Shown: one piece after another, positions 1 to 8,484 of the stretch
How the letters are laid out: each line of letters starts with the position of its first letter
Position numbering within the stretch: position 1 is the stretch's first letter
Origin: Deltaproteobacteria bacterium
GTDB lineage: Bacteria > BMS3Abin14
Direction of reading: 5' to 3'
DNA length: 64,000 bases
NCBI GenBank assembly: GCA_013151915.1
Contig: JAADHJ010000033.1
Location: forward strand, 37,642-101,641
Notes under the pieces: model-generated
Seen by the model: the letters and a program-made list of their open reading frames with translations, nothing else
Database searches by the model: none
What the model was told of the DNA's origin: nothing
Made by a program: the position numbers and the translations under genes

Positions 1-332
1 TCCGCCGGCCTATCCATTTCCGACTGAAGCGCGCCTTGGGCCGCGGCCAATCTCTGGACGTAGATATTATCATCGAGGTCAACGAGCTCTTCCCCCGCCC
101 GGACAAACCGGTTGTTGTCCACACGGACCAAGCTTACCGTTCCCGGCACACGCGACGCGACCAGGTGAATCGCTCCTTTCACGAAGGCGTCGTCGGTTTT
201 AAGGTGGGCCCGGGAATACCCGCGATACCATAATCCCACGGCCAGCCCTATGATCACCACACCGGAAAAAATGGCGAAAGCTTTGCGCTTTTTATTGTTG
301 TTTTTCCCCGGTGCCGGTATCGTTTCAGTCAT
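1..332 (-). CDS. HlyD/EmrA-family membrane fusion protein (efflux pump periplasmic adaptor), N-terminal part only; gene continues past window start
   Basis: Manual translation of the minus strand from ATG (complement 330-332): MTETIPAPGKNNNKKRKAFAIFSGVVIIGLAVGLWYRGY...TDDAFVKGAIHLVASRVPGTVSLVRVDNNRFVRAGEELVDLDDNIYVQ. Single N-terminal TM helix and EmrA-like motif. Sits downstream of the TolC-like gene in the same orientation. Not in the ORF table because it lacks a stop in the window. Confidence 0.6.
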   Translation of the reverse strand, partial: MTETIPAPGKNNNKKRKAFAIFSGVVIIGLAVGLWYRGYSRAHLKTDDAFVKGAIHLVASRVPGTVSLVRVDNNRFVRAGEELVDLDDNIYVQRLAAAQGALQSEMDRPA

Positions 333-365
333 CTCAAACCTCCGTCATCTCCATTATTGATAGTG

Positions 366-515
366 CCGTGAAAAACCCACCCATGGCTTTTTACTCAACG
401 GAAAGCGAAAAATGTCATTTTCACTTTCCTCACAAATCAAAGACTTGCCCTGCAAGTCTTTGATTTGCGCACCCATCAGGGGGCACGTTGATGACTATTT
501 GCGAAGTCATCATTG
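366..515 (-). repeat. Family A multi-hairpin intergenic repeat, long-form variant (extended 16-bp hairpin 3), reverse orientation
   Basis: Read as reverse complement it shares TTGATGACT..GCGAAGTCATCAA, CAAATCAAAGACTTGCAGGGCAAGTCTTTGATTTG, GGAAAGTGAAAATGACATTTTTCGCTTTCC and GTAAAAAGCCATGG with the copies at 7751, 36250, 53086 and 59763. Confidence 0.8.
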
Positions 516-1813
516 TTATAGGCTTTAACAAGGTCCATGCCTTGGGCGAAAATAAGCAGCGCCGTTTCTCGCTGTACCCCGTAAAGGGCGCTCCAGTAGT
601 TGGTTTTGGCCCGCGCCAGCAATGTCACGGCATCCTGGACGTCGGTGGCGGTGGCTTCACCCTCCTCGTAGCGCAGGTTCAGGAGCCTCAGGTTCTCATC
701 GGCCTGTTTGACTCCGTCCCGGGCGGCCTCGACCCGTTTCCCAGCACTCCTCAGCCCGAGGACTGCATCCTTGACCTCCAGGCTCACTCTCTCGACAGCG
801 GCAGCCCTTTCGATCCTGAGTGCATCGAGTTCAGTCTCCGCCCGCCTCAGCCTGGCGCTCGTGCTCCCACCGGAATAAAGGTTCAGTGAAACTCCGGCTG
901 AAAGGTTCCAGTTGGACTCATGAACCATGTACTCGTTCTCCTCATAAGCAAACCCACCGTTAAGGGAAATCGTCGGATAGGACGAAGCCCTGAGAGATCT
1001 GACCGCCGCCTCCTTTGCCTCGATCCTTGTCGCGAGTTCCCTCAGCTCCGGCCGCAACTTCCCTGCTGTGTTGGTGGCCGAATCAAGATCAGGCTTCGGA
1101 AAGAGGGCGGCTGTGGAGATCTCATTCGGCTCGACCTCCGCCGACAGGGGACGGAGAAGGAGGTTGTTGATTACCGATTCCCGGATGGAACGGGTGTTTT
1201 GGGCGGACATCTTTCTTTGCATGGCGTCGGAAAGGATGACCTTGGCCTGCAGAAGATCGTTTACGGTCACCAGCCCCTCCTCGTACATCGCCTTCGCCTC
1301 CCCCATGTGGTTCTCGTACTGGCTGACTTCATCCCGGGCCACATCCAGCCGTTTTTCGGCTTCCAGAAGGCCAATATAGGCCATTATGAAATCGCGGGCG
1401 GCAACGTTCCGCGTCGATTCGGTATTGATTCCCTGGGCACGGGATCTCAGGGCGGCGGCCCTGATCGAGGATGAGCTCTGCCCGAAGTCGTAGAGGAGCT
1501 GACTGGCCCTCAAACCGTAGGACAATGAGTTCTTGTCGGCCACAGGCACCGGGCCGGAGGGGCCGAAACGGGCCTCCGGTTGATAGGCGAGAAAAGATTG
1601 TCTGGCGAACAGGTCCACCCTGGGAAGCCGCTTCGAACGGGAAAGCGATACGTCTTCTTCAGCGGCCGTCTGCCTGGCTTCGGCAATTTGAATCCGCCTG
1701 CCCCGCGAAGTAACGATCTCCAGTCCTTCCCGGAGCGTCAGGGCATGACCAGCCCTTAAACCCACCCCAAAAAACAGGAAAAACAACAAACAAACAACCG
1801 ATAAGCGTCTCAT
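476..1813 (-). CDS. TolC-like outer membrane efflux protein (outer membrane factor)
   Basis: 445 aa. Signal-peptide-like N-terminus. Two repeated coiled-coil/beta-barrel halves typical of the OMF family (LNLYSGG..., LRLLNLRYEEGEATATDVQDA..., NDLLQAKVILSDA...). Lies between the TetR gene and the MFP gene. Confidence 0.8.
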   Translation of the reverse strand: MRRLSVVCLLFFLFFGVGLRAGHALTLREGLEIVTSRGRRIQIAEARQTAAEEDVSLSRSKRLPRVDLFARQSFLAYQPEARFGPSGPVPVADKNSLSYGLRASQLLYDFGQSSSSIRAAALRSRAQGINTESTRNVAARDFIMAYIGLLEAEKRLDVARDEVSQYENHMGEAKAMYEEGLVTVNDLLQAKVILSDAMQRKMSAQNTRSIRESVINNLLLRPLSAEVEPNEISTAALFPKPDLDSATNTAGKLRPELRELATRIEAKEAAVRSLRASSYPTISLNGGFAYEENEYMVHESNWNLSAGVSLNLYSGGSTSARLRRAETELDALRIERAAAVERVSLEVKDAVLGLRSAGKRVEAARDGVKQADENLRLLNLRYEEGEATATDVQDAVTLLARAKTNYWSALYGVQRETALLIFAQGMDLVKAYNNDDFANSHQRAP

Positions 1814-1825
1814 ATCAGCCTCTTT

Positions 1826-2431
1826 CTAGTCCTTTTGGTCCCGTGCGATGAGCCCGTTTACGAAGATGTCCACGAATTCCTTTACGGTCCTTGTAACCTC
1901 CGCCTGCGAAAGTTCCCGGTCCTTTATTACACCCTCGACAATAAAGTGGGAAAAGAGGGTGCGCAGAAACATTCTCGCGGCGGTGCCTGAATCAAATTCC
2001 CGCATCTTCCCTTCAGCCCTCAAGCCGTCAAGATACCCCTCTACGGCCTTTTCCATATCCCTGACGAACCGCATGTGGACCTGCCGCACCTTTTCAGGGT
2101 AGGTATTGAACTCGGAGAGGATGATCCTGACCATCCTTTTCCTCTCCTTCAGGGTCTCGATATACCGGATCCCGATGCTTTCCAATGCATCCTGGCACGA
2201 CATTCCCTGGACATTTTCCAGGAGGTGGATCAACCGTGGAAGGAAGGTGCGTGACTTCAAGACCTCCTCGAAGAGCCTCTCCTTCTTCCCGAAATGTCTG
2301 AAAAGGGTCAACTCGGAGACCCCCGCCATTTGGGCGATCTCCCGCGTGGACGCCCCGAGATAGCCTTTCTCGGATATCAGCTCCAACGTTGCTTCGAGGA
2401 GCTTTTCCCTCGTATCGGATTTTTCAGCCAT
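1826..2431 (-). CDS. TetR/AcrR-family transcriptional regulator
   Basis: 201 aa. N-terminal [43 protein letters not shown]. Sits at the head of the efflux gene set. Confidence 0.85.
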   Translation of the reverse strand: MAEKSDTREKLLEATLELISEKGYLGASTREIAQMAGVSELTLFRHFGKKERLFEEVLKSRTFLPRLIHLLENVQGMSCQDALESIGIRYIETLKERKRMVRIILSEFNTYPEKVRQVHMRFVRDMEKAVEGYLDGLRAEGKMREFDSGTAARMFLRTLFSHFIVEGVIKDRELSQAEVTRTVKEFVDIFVNGLIARDQKD

Positions 2432-2460
2432 ATTTTATCTTTCAGCCTGATCCGGCTTCA

Positions 2461-2480
2461 ATGTAAGTAAGCACTTACAT
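2461..2480. promoter_or_regulatory. Perfect 8-bp inverted repeat ATGTAAGTaagcACTTACAT, candidate TetR operator in divergent promoter region
   Basis: Palindrome read directly; 30 bp upstream of the TetR start codon, between the divergent TetR and DedA-PAP2 genes. Confidence 0.4.
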
Positions 2481-2668
2481 AATAAACATGGGAGGAAAAG
2501 TCAAGACGGTCGGTAACGATAACGCCCATTGAGGATTTTCGCCCATTATGTTTATTGGATAACAGACCGTTAATGGTATAGTTTCCGTGGTATTACCTCA
2601 CCCGAGGTGGCTTTCGCGCAGCCTCCAACAGGCTGTGTCCAAGGCAGGACGGACATGAAAGGCAGCAT

Positions 2669-4810
2669 TTGGAAAAGGCCGCAAATGATCTCCTGACAGG
2701 ATTGGGCCAGCATGCCCTTCTCGTCTACGTATTCATCTTTATCGTAGCTTTTTCGGAATCCTTTGCCTTCGTCGGCCTCTTTGTCCCCGGCGCAGTCTTC
2801 GCGGTTACCGCCGGATTCCTCGCCGCGAGGGGATTGTTCGACTTCCAGGCCCTTGCCCTGGCCGGGGCGGCGGGCGCCATTCTGGCGGACCTCGCCAGTT
2901 ATTACCTCGCACGCATCTATGGATCAAGAATCACCGGGGGGAAACTCTACATAAGATATCAACCATACCTGGAAAGGGGAAACAGGTTCATAGAGAAGCA
3001 CGGCGGCAAGAGTGTCTTTCTGGGGCGGTTTGTAGGTTTTATTCGCCCGGTGGTTCCCTTCCTGGCCGGCCTGCTGAGCATGAATCCGCTGAAGTTCGCG
3101 ATCTACGCCACAGTGAGCGGCATCCTGTGGGCCTACACCTACATAGGCGCCGGATACCTGTTCGGGGAAAGTTGGAAGGTGGTGGAGGCTTGGACGGGCA
3201 AACTAAGCATTCTGTTCCTTCTGATCATATTCACTCTTTATTTCGCAAGGCATATTGCCAAGGTGATGGGGAGAAAGTTGGCTGGTGCCGGCGGTTTTCT
3301 GGGATCTATTTTCGATAGCGTTGTTGTCTCGCTTTCGGAAAATCCGTATATTTCCGGTCTCTTGGCCCGTCACCCTTCACTGGTCGGGTTTTTCAAACAG
3401 CGATTCGACAAAAACAGCGCTTCGGGCCTTCTCCTTACCACCGGCTTCCTGGTTACGTCCTTTTTCTCCTACCTCTTTCTCGCGGTGGTTGAGGACGTCG
3501 TTTTCCACGACCCACTGACCAGTCTTGACGCGACCATCTTTTACGCCCTGCAGGGCGTCCATTCACGGTTCGCCGACGAGTTCTTCGTCTTCATAACGAC
3601 CATGGCGAGTTCGGTGCCGGTCATAATCTCCTTTCTGCTGATTCTTGGCATCCTGGCTGTCAACCGTAAAAGGTTGGAGGCATTCTTCTTCGTTCTCAAC
3701 TTTGTCGGAGGGATGGTCTTTCTTGTGGCCATGAAGTACCTTTTACAGAGGCCGCGTCCCGCGGCTATTTACCACTTTTTCACCGAAACAACCCCATCCT
3801 TCCCAAGCGGGCATACCTTCATGTCCATAACGGTCCTCGGTCTTGCGCTCTATTACCTGGTCCGTTACGTGAGGACCGGCGGCGCAAGGACCTCCGCAAT
3901 CTTTGCCTATTTCCTTTTCATCTTCCTCGTGGGGCTCAGCCGTATTTACCTGGGGGTACATTGGTTCAGCGACGTACTGGGCGCCGGCTTCGCAGGATTC
4001 ATATGGATCAGCATAATGGTAACCTCCTATGAGTATGTTATCAAGCGCAACGGTCCCAGGGACAGGGCTGGCATGGGGTCGAAGTGGGTCCCCGCGGCAG
4101 CAGCGCTCCTGGCTGTATTGGGCGTTGTGGGAAATGTATCCTACTCCATCCGTAAGACCGGTCCGATTGTCAGAAACGTCCAGGTGGTCTCACCGGCGAT
4201 CAGGGAGTTTTCCGGTGACATGGGGCAGGTTATCAGGAAGGAGATCTCTCCTTTTACCGAGACCCTTCTTGGGAACCGGGCGGCGCCGATCCAGGTGGTT
4301 TTCTCAGGGGACCGGAAAAGGATCGAGGGGCTCCTCAGGGATTCCGGATTCGTCCGGAAAAATGAGATGCGTGTCAGGGATCTTTTCGGCTATGTCATCA
4401 TGACCCTGGAACAACGGATCCAGGATCCATTGGCCGCCGTCCTTTACTACTATCATAACCGTTCCCAGGACGGTACATGGATGAGGTCCGGAGGGGATGG
4501 TCCGTACCCTGCAATGGTCGTCCGTATGTGGGATACCCGGACCATGGTAAACGGGCGTCCTGTCACGGTGGCGACGGTGGATGTTGAGAAGGGCCTCTTT
4601 CGCCCCTTTCCGTGGCTAGAACTTCCCATGCCTGTCTGTGAGGTCTCCCTGCCGAACGTCAGGAAGAGGTTTCGAATCCGCCTTGAGGGAAAAAAGCTCG
4701 ACATTGAGTCCTTGAAAATTACGGATGCCGGGGTGGGAAGAAACATCCTCCACCAGCAATACTTCTGGGATGGTGAGATCCTTCTGGTGAGGCCTGTCCC
4801 GAACCTCTGA
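2669..4810 (+). CDS. DedA (VTT/SNARE-associated) domain fused to PAP2 phosphatase domain, plus ~280-aa C-terminal domain of unknown function
   Basis: N-terminal LLVYVFIFIVAFSESFAFVGLFVPG...FLGRFVGFIRPVVPFLAG is DedA-like. Residues ~350-470 carry the PAP2 signature KxxxxxxRP (LLQRPRPAA), PSGH (SFPSGHT) and SRxxxxxHxxxD (SRIYLGVHWFSDV). The ORF table start is a TTG; the true start is uncertain. Confidence 0.75.
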   Translation: MEKAANDLLTGLGQHALLVYVFIFIVAFSESFAFVGLFVPGAVFAVTAGFLAARGLFDFQALALAGAAGAILADLASYYLARIYGSRITGGKLYIRYQPYLERGNRFIEKHGGKSVFLGRFVGFIRPVVPFLAGLLSMNPLKFAIYATVSGILWAYTYIGAGYLFGESWKVVEAWTGKLSILFLLIIFTLYFARHIAKVMGRKLAGAGGFLGSIFDSVVVSLSENPYISGLLARHPSLVGFFKQRFDKNSASGLLLTTGFLVTSFFSYLFLAVVEDVVFHDPLTSLDATIFYALQGVHSRFADEFFVFITTMASSVPVIISFLLILGILAVNRKRLEAFFFVLNFVGGMVFLVAMKYLLQRPRPAAIYHFFTETTPSFPSGHTFMSITVLGLALYYLVRYVRTGGARTSAIFAYFLFIFLVGLSRIYLGVHWFSDVLGAGFAGFIWISIMVTSYEYVIKRNGPRDRAGMGSKWVPAAAALLAVLGVVGNVSYSIRKTGPIVRNVQVVSPAIREFSGDMGQVIRKEISPFTETLLGNRAAPIQVVFSGDRKRIEGLLRDSGFVRKNEMRVRDLFGYVIMTLEQRIQDPLAAVLYYYHNRSQDGTWMRSGGDGPYPAMVVRMWDTRTMVNGRPVTVATVDVEKGLFRPFPWLELPMPVCEVSLPNVRKRFRIRLEGKKLDIESLKITDAGVGRNILHQQYFWDGEILLVRPVPNL

Positions 4811-4832
4811 CCCTTTCGCGGGGTTAACCCAG

Positions 4833-4950
4833 ATCAAAAGCTGATTTACCGCAAGGTACGCTAAGTTACGCAAAGTAGACCGCATCCCCTCACCTGAACC
4901 GTTGTTTGCCCCTGTGTACCCTGCTAAACCCCGTGTCCTCTGTGTTGGAT
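4833..4950 (+). repeat. Family B repeat, degenerate/partial copy
   Basis: ccagatcaaaagctg...gcatcccctcacc...ccctgtgtaccctgctaaaccccgtgtcctctgtgttgg aligns with the family B copies at 22296 and 28487. Confidence 0.4.
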
Positions 4951-5194
4951 TATCTTTTCTGAACCCTGCCTGCCGTGAGCGGGCGAGAGGAAGGTTTTCG
5001 GCCGATTCCCAAACGCCTGTTTGATAATCGAACACCTCACGAGGGGGTGAAACTGACCCCCGCATCTTTCATACCTCCGCCAACTTACCGATATTGCAGA
5101 TTTTTCCATTTTTATTTTCATCCCGATCCCGTGGCCCGCCTCTTGCTCCGGTGATGCCGGAACCATTGGCGTACATTTTCTCAGGAGGTGGGAC

Positions 5195-5638
5195 ATGAAC
5201 GAGTATCAGAGCAATGGAGCGGAACCGGACGAGAGCCGGGAGATGAATCCCGAAATAATGGAACCGGGGACCGAACCGGAAGAAGTCGGCGGGCCTGAAA
5301 GCTGGGCCTGTCTCGTACTCAACGACGGAGGACGCCTGGAACTTTCCGGTGACGAGGTTGTTATCGGTCGGACGGACCCCCTGGAGGGTATTCATCCCGA
5401 TCTGGATCTTGGTGTCCGCGGTGGCCTGGAAATGGGAGTTTCACGGCGTCACGCTACGATTTTCCGGGAGGACGAAAAGTTCTCGCTTGAGGACCTTGGC
5501 AGCACCAACGGGACTATCATCAATCGCGAGAGGGTCCAGGCCGGCGACAGGGTGACGCTCAACGAGGGGGACGTTATTTACCTGGGACGGTTCAAGGCCG
5601 TCTTCCAGACACCCCACAACAGCGGAGGTTCACAATGA
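5195..5638 (+). CDS. FHA domain protein (acidic N-terminus)
   Basis: 147 aa. FHA core VVIGRTDP...GVSRRHATIFREDEKFSLEDLGSTNGTIINRERV. Its stop overlaps the next gene's start (ATGA). Confidence 0.7.
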   Translation: MNEYQSNGAEPDESREMNPEIMEPGTEPEEVGGPESWACLVLNDGGRLELSGDEVVIGRTDPLEGIHPDLDLGVRGGLEMGVSRRHATIFREDEKFSLEDLGSTNGTIINRERVQAGDRVTLNEGDVIYLGRFKAVFQTPHNSGGSQ

Positions 5639-7755
5639 AGGCCATAGGAAACAGGGTTGCGAGAATGTCGTTCGTCGGTTGCAGCGCAGCCATCTGCGCC
5701 GCTTTGCCGCTGGGGTTGATCCTGTCCCTCTCGCCCGGCGCATCATGGCTGACCATTCTCTTCGGTTTCATCGTGGGAGGTGTCCTCGCCGGTTTTCTCA
5801 CCGCATTCGATCTTCTGTGGACACAGCGGAAGGGCGAACTGGTCAATCGCGTTCTGCGTGCAGCGGCTGCAGGATCCCTTGGCGGCGCATTGGGAGCATG
5901 GGTGGGTCAGATCCTGTTTCGCCTGTGGGGAAATCACCTCGTGGCCGGCCTTTCCGCGGGGATTATTCTCCCTCTGTCCTTCGGAACAGCAGTCGGTTGG
6001 GGGGTGACCGGCCTTGGAATCGGTCTGGCTATCACGCTCCCCTTCCAATCCACCAGGCCCCGCTGGCTCATCGCCGCCAGTGGAGGGACCGTAGGGGGAG
6101 CGGTGGGAGGTCTGTTGATGCAGTTTCTACAGCCGCTGATGGGCCCTGCGAGCCTGATTTTCGGCCTGCTGGCGTTTGGCGCGGCTGTTGGATTCGGCAT
6201 TTCGTGGGCGGAAATGGCTCTTTCCTCCCTACGGCTTCAGGTGCTTGAAGGTCCCGGACGTGGATCGGAATTTACTCTGGGGAAAAACACCCTCATCGGC
6301 AGTGAGGGGAAATGCACCGTCCGCCTGATCGAAGCCGGAGTGGCACCCAGGCATGCCCGTATTTTCCGTAAGGGGAGCAGCCTTTTCTTCGAGGACCTCG
6401 GTTCTTCGGCAGGGAGCGTTTTGAACGATCGCAAGGTGGCGGGAACCGCAGCCGGTGTATCCCACGGCGACCTGATCAGCATCGGAAAAACCCTTCTTCG
6501 GGTCAATGCACCCGGCCGGAAAACAGGCCTGACATCCACCATCTCCATGGCAGCCCTTGCGGCCCTGTGCATCATGGGCCTTTTCCCGGTTCCCTCGGCC
6601 GCCTCCGCACAGGATGCCTCTCAACCCGGCCAGGTGGTCGCCCGCATTACCCAGGTGGACACATCCAGGTACCCTGTCGTGGACCTTTACGCAATACTTC
6701 CCGGCGATCTGAGGCCGGGAAATGTCCATGGCCTGACCGTATTGGAGGGCAAAACGGAAACATCTCTCCTCGAGGTGAGAGATCTGAAAAAGGGCGCCAG
6801 GGATGCCCCTCTCTCCATCTCCATCGTACTCGATACGAGCACGAGCATGAAAGGCCGGAAACTGACCGAGGCCAAAGACGCCGTATACGGCTTTTCCAGG
6901 AGCATCCCCGCGGAGGCCAGGATCAACCTCATATCATTTGACGATGCCGTCCATATCATCTCCACAGGACTTCCCGCGAGTCTCATCTATAAAAACATCG
7001 CTGATCTCTCCGCTTCAGGACACACGGCCCTGTTCGACGGGATCGTCACGGGATCCAACCTGATCCGGAACGAAGCCGGAAGAAAGGTGGTCGTGACGCT
7101 GACCGACGGTATGGCCAACAGGGGTGAAAGCTCCATGAAAGATGCGGTAGCCGCCGCAGAAAAAGCCGGGGTGAGCCTTCTTTTCGTGGGACTTGGCCCG
7201 GATGTCCGACGAGAGAGATTGGGCGGCATGGCGGCCATGACAGGTGGAAGGGCCGTATTTACCTCGGACCCATCCGAGCTTTCAACCCTGTTTGAGACCT
7301 ACGCAACGGAGCTTTCCAGGGAGGTACTTATTCGATACCGTTCAAGTATGCCTGACAATCCTGTTGTCCCTGTGACATTGCGCCTTACGTCCGGGAACAC
7401 TGAATCAATCCTCAACGGCCGATACCTGTCGCCCAGGGCCTCTTTCATGGGGATCTCCGGGGCTACGTCCCCAATCCTCTTTCTACTTGGTCTGCTGGGG
7501 CCGGCAGGGCTTTTCGCCGCGGGGCGCCTTACCTCCTATAACATGGCGAAAGACCCGTTCCTCCTTGTGGAGGGTTCCTCCAAGGCGACCCGTCTGATTA
7601 CCAGGGTCCTTTCCAACGAGGGGATGACGGTTCCGATGTCCATCGGGGGCAAGACTATCCTCGTCAACAACCAACCGGTAAAGGGAACCCGTACTCTAAG
7701 GAGCGGCGAGGCCCTGACCTGGGGCGACACAACCGTCCTGTTCAGAAAAGGTTGA
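5635..7755 (+). CDS. Polytopic membrane protein with FHA domain, von Willebrand factor A (MIDAS) domain and C-terminal FHA-like domain
   Basis: 706 aa. About 200 aa of glycine-rich TM helices. FHA: EFTLGKNTLIGSEG...RHARIFRKGSSLFFEDLGSSAGSVLNDRKV. VWA with MIDAS DTSTSM...SGHTALFDGI...TLTDGMAN. Another TM, then C-terminal LLVEGSSKATRLITRV...GGKTILVNNQPV. RBS GGAGGT upstream. Confidence 0.75.
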   Translation: MKAIGNRVARMSFVGCSAAICAALPLGLILSLSPGASWLTILFGFIVGGVLAGFLTAFDLLWTQRKGELVNRVLRAAAAGSLGGALGAWVGQILFRLWGNHLVAGLSAGIILPLSFGTAVGWGVTGLGIGLAITLPFQSTRPRWLIAASGGTVGGAVGGLLMQFLQPLMGPASLIFGLLAFGAAVGFGISWAEMALSSLRLQVLEGPGRGSEFTLGKNTLIGSEGKCTVRLIEAGVAPRHARIFRKGSSLFFEDLGSSAGSVLNDRKVAGTAAGVSHGDLISIGKTLLRVNAPGRKTGLTSTISMAALAALCIMGLFPVPSAASAQDASQPGQVVARITQVDTSRYPVVDLYAILPGDLRPGNVHGLTVLEGKTETSLLEVRDLKKGARDAPLSISIVLDTSTSMKGRKLTEAKDAVYGFSRSIPAEARINLISFDDAVHIISTGLPASLIYKNIADLSASGHTALFDGIVTGSNLIRNEAGRKVVVTLTDGMANRGESSMKDAVAAAEKAGVSLLFVGLGPDVRRERLGGMAAMTGGRAVFTSDPSELSTLFETYATELSREVLIRYRSSMPDNPVVPVTLRLTSGNTESILNGRYLSPRASFMGISGATSPILFLLGLLGPAGLFAAGRLTSYNMAKDPFLLVEGSSKATRLITRVLSNEGMTVPMSIGGKTILVNNQPVKGTRTLRSGEALTWGDTTVLFRKG

Positions 7756-7922
7756 TGACTTCGCAAAAAGTCATCAACGCACCCATTTGGGGCGCCCAAA
7801 TCGAAGATTTGCGAGGAAAGTGAAAATGACACTTTTCGCTTTCCGTGGAGTAAAAAGTCAGCAATGGACTTTTTACGACCCTATCAACCTTGATGACTTC
7901 GCAAAAAGTCATCAACGCACCT
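7751..7922 (+). repeat. Family A multi-hairpin intergenic repeat (short form) with hairpin 1 duplicated at its 3' end
   Basis: GTTGATGACTTCGCAAAAAGTCATCAACGCAC occurs at 7751-7782 and again at 7889-7920, flanking hairpins 2-5. The element overlaps the stop codon (7753-7755) of the upstream gene. Confidence 0.85.
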
Positions 7923-7947
7923 GCCGGTTTGACCTCTCTCCCCAACT

Positions 7948-8406
7948 GTGATAGCTAAAAAAGGGTTCTTACAGTTGAGGTTGGTGCCGATGCCCGTTGA
8001 CGACAAAAATGATTTTTTCCCTACCCAGACTATCCCCCAAAGGGGAGAAGCAGCCAAACCCGATCGGCCGGCTATGGCGTACATGGCTGTTCTTACAGGT
8101 ACCAAAGCAGGCAGTCAGTACTCATTATTCAACGATAGGCAGACGGTCATCGGCCGTTCCAGTGATTGTGAAATCCATATCGACGACCCGGATGCATCCC
8201 GCCGGCACGCCGCTATTCAACCCTTTGGAAATGACTACTACATAATGGACATGGGCAGCACAAACGGGACGTTGGTCAACGGAAAGCCCGTTGAAAAACG
8301 TATTCTCAGGCACAGCGACAAGATCACCCTTGGCAAACAGGTTCTCCAGTTCATTCTCGTCGGATCGGATGGGGGACCTTATCTGGATGATTCCCTGAAG
8401 GACTAG
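7948..8406 (+). CDS. FHA domain protein
   Basis: 152 aa. QTVIGRSSDCEIHIDDPDASRRHAAI...YYIMDMGSTNGTLVNGKPV. Confidence 0.75.
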   Translation: MIAKKGFLQLRLVPMPVDDKNDFFPTQTIPQRGEAAKPDRPAMAYMAVLTGTKAGSQYSLFNDRQTVIGRSSDCEIHIDDPDASRRHAAIQPFGNDYYIMDMGSTNGTLVNGKPVEKRILRHSDKITLGKQVLQFILVGSDGGPYLDDSLKD

Positions 8407-8484
8407 GAGTCTGTCGGATATTTCATGCAGCCTCATGGGTGAAGCCTGCCGGAGCATGATACAATTCATGCCAACTCTTCCGCA

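Noticed and set aside
36-233. 65-aa plus-strand ORF at the window start
   Set aside because: It lies antisense to a well-supported HlyD-family MFP N-terminus on the minus strand; it is a shadow ORF in high-GC DNA.
7742-7945. 67-aa minus-strand ORF (MGREVKPAGALMTFCEVIKVD...) lying entirely inside the family A repeat
   Set aside because: Its sequence is just the translation of the hairpin modules (note the duplicated GALMTFCEVI from the duplicated hairpin 1). There is no RBS and it falls in a repeat, so it is an ORF-caller artefact.
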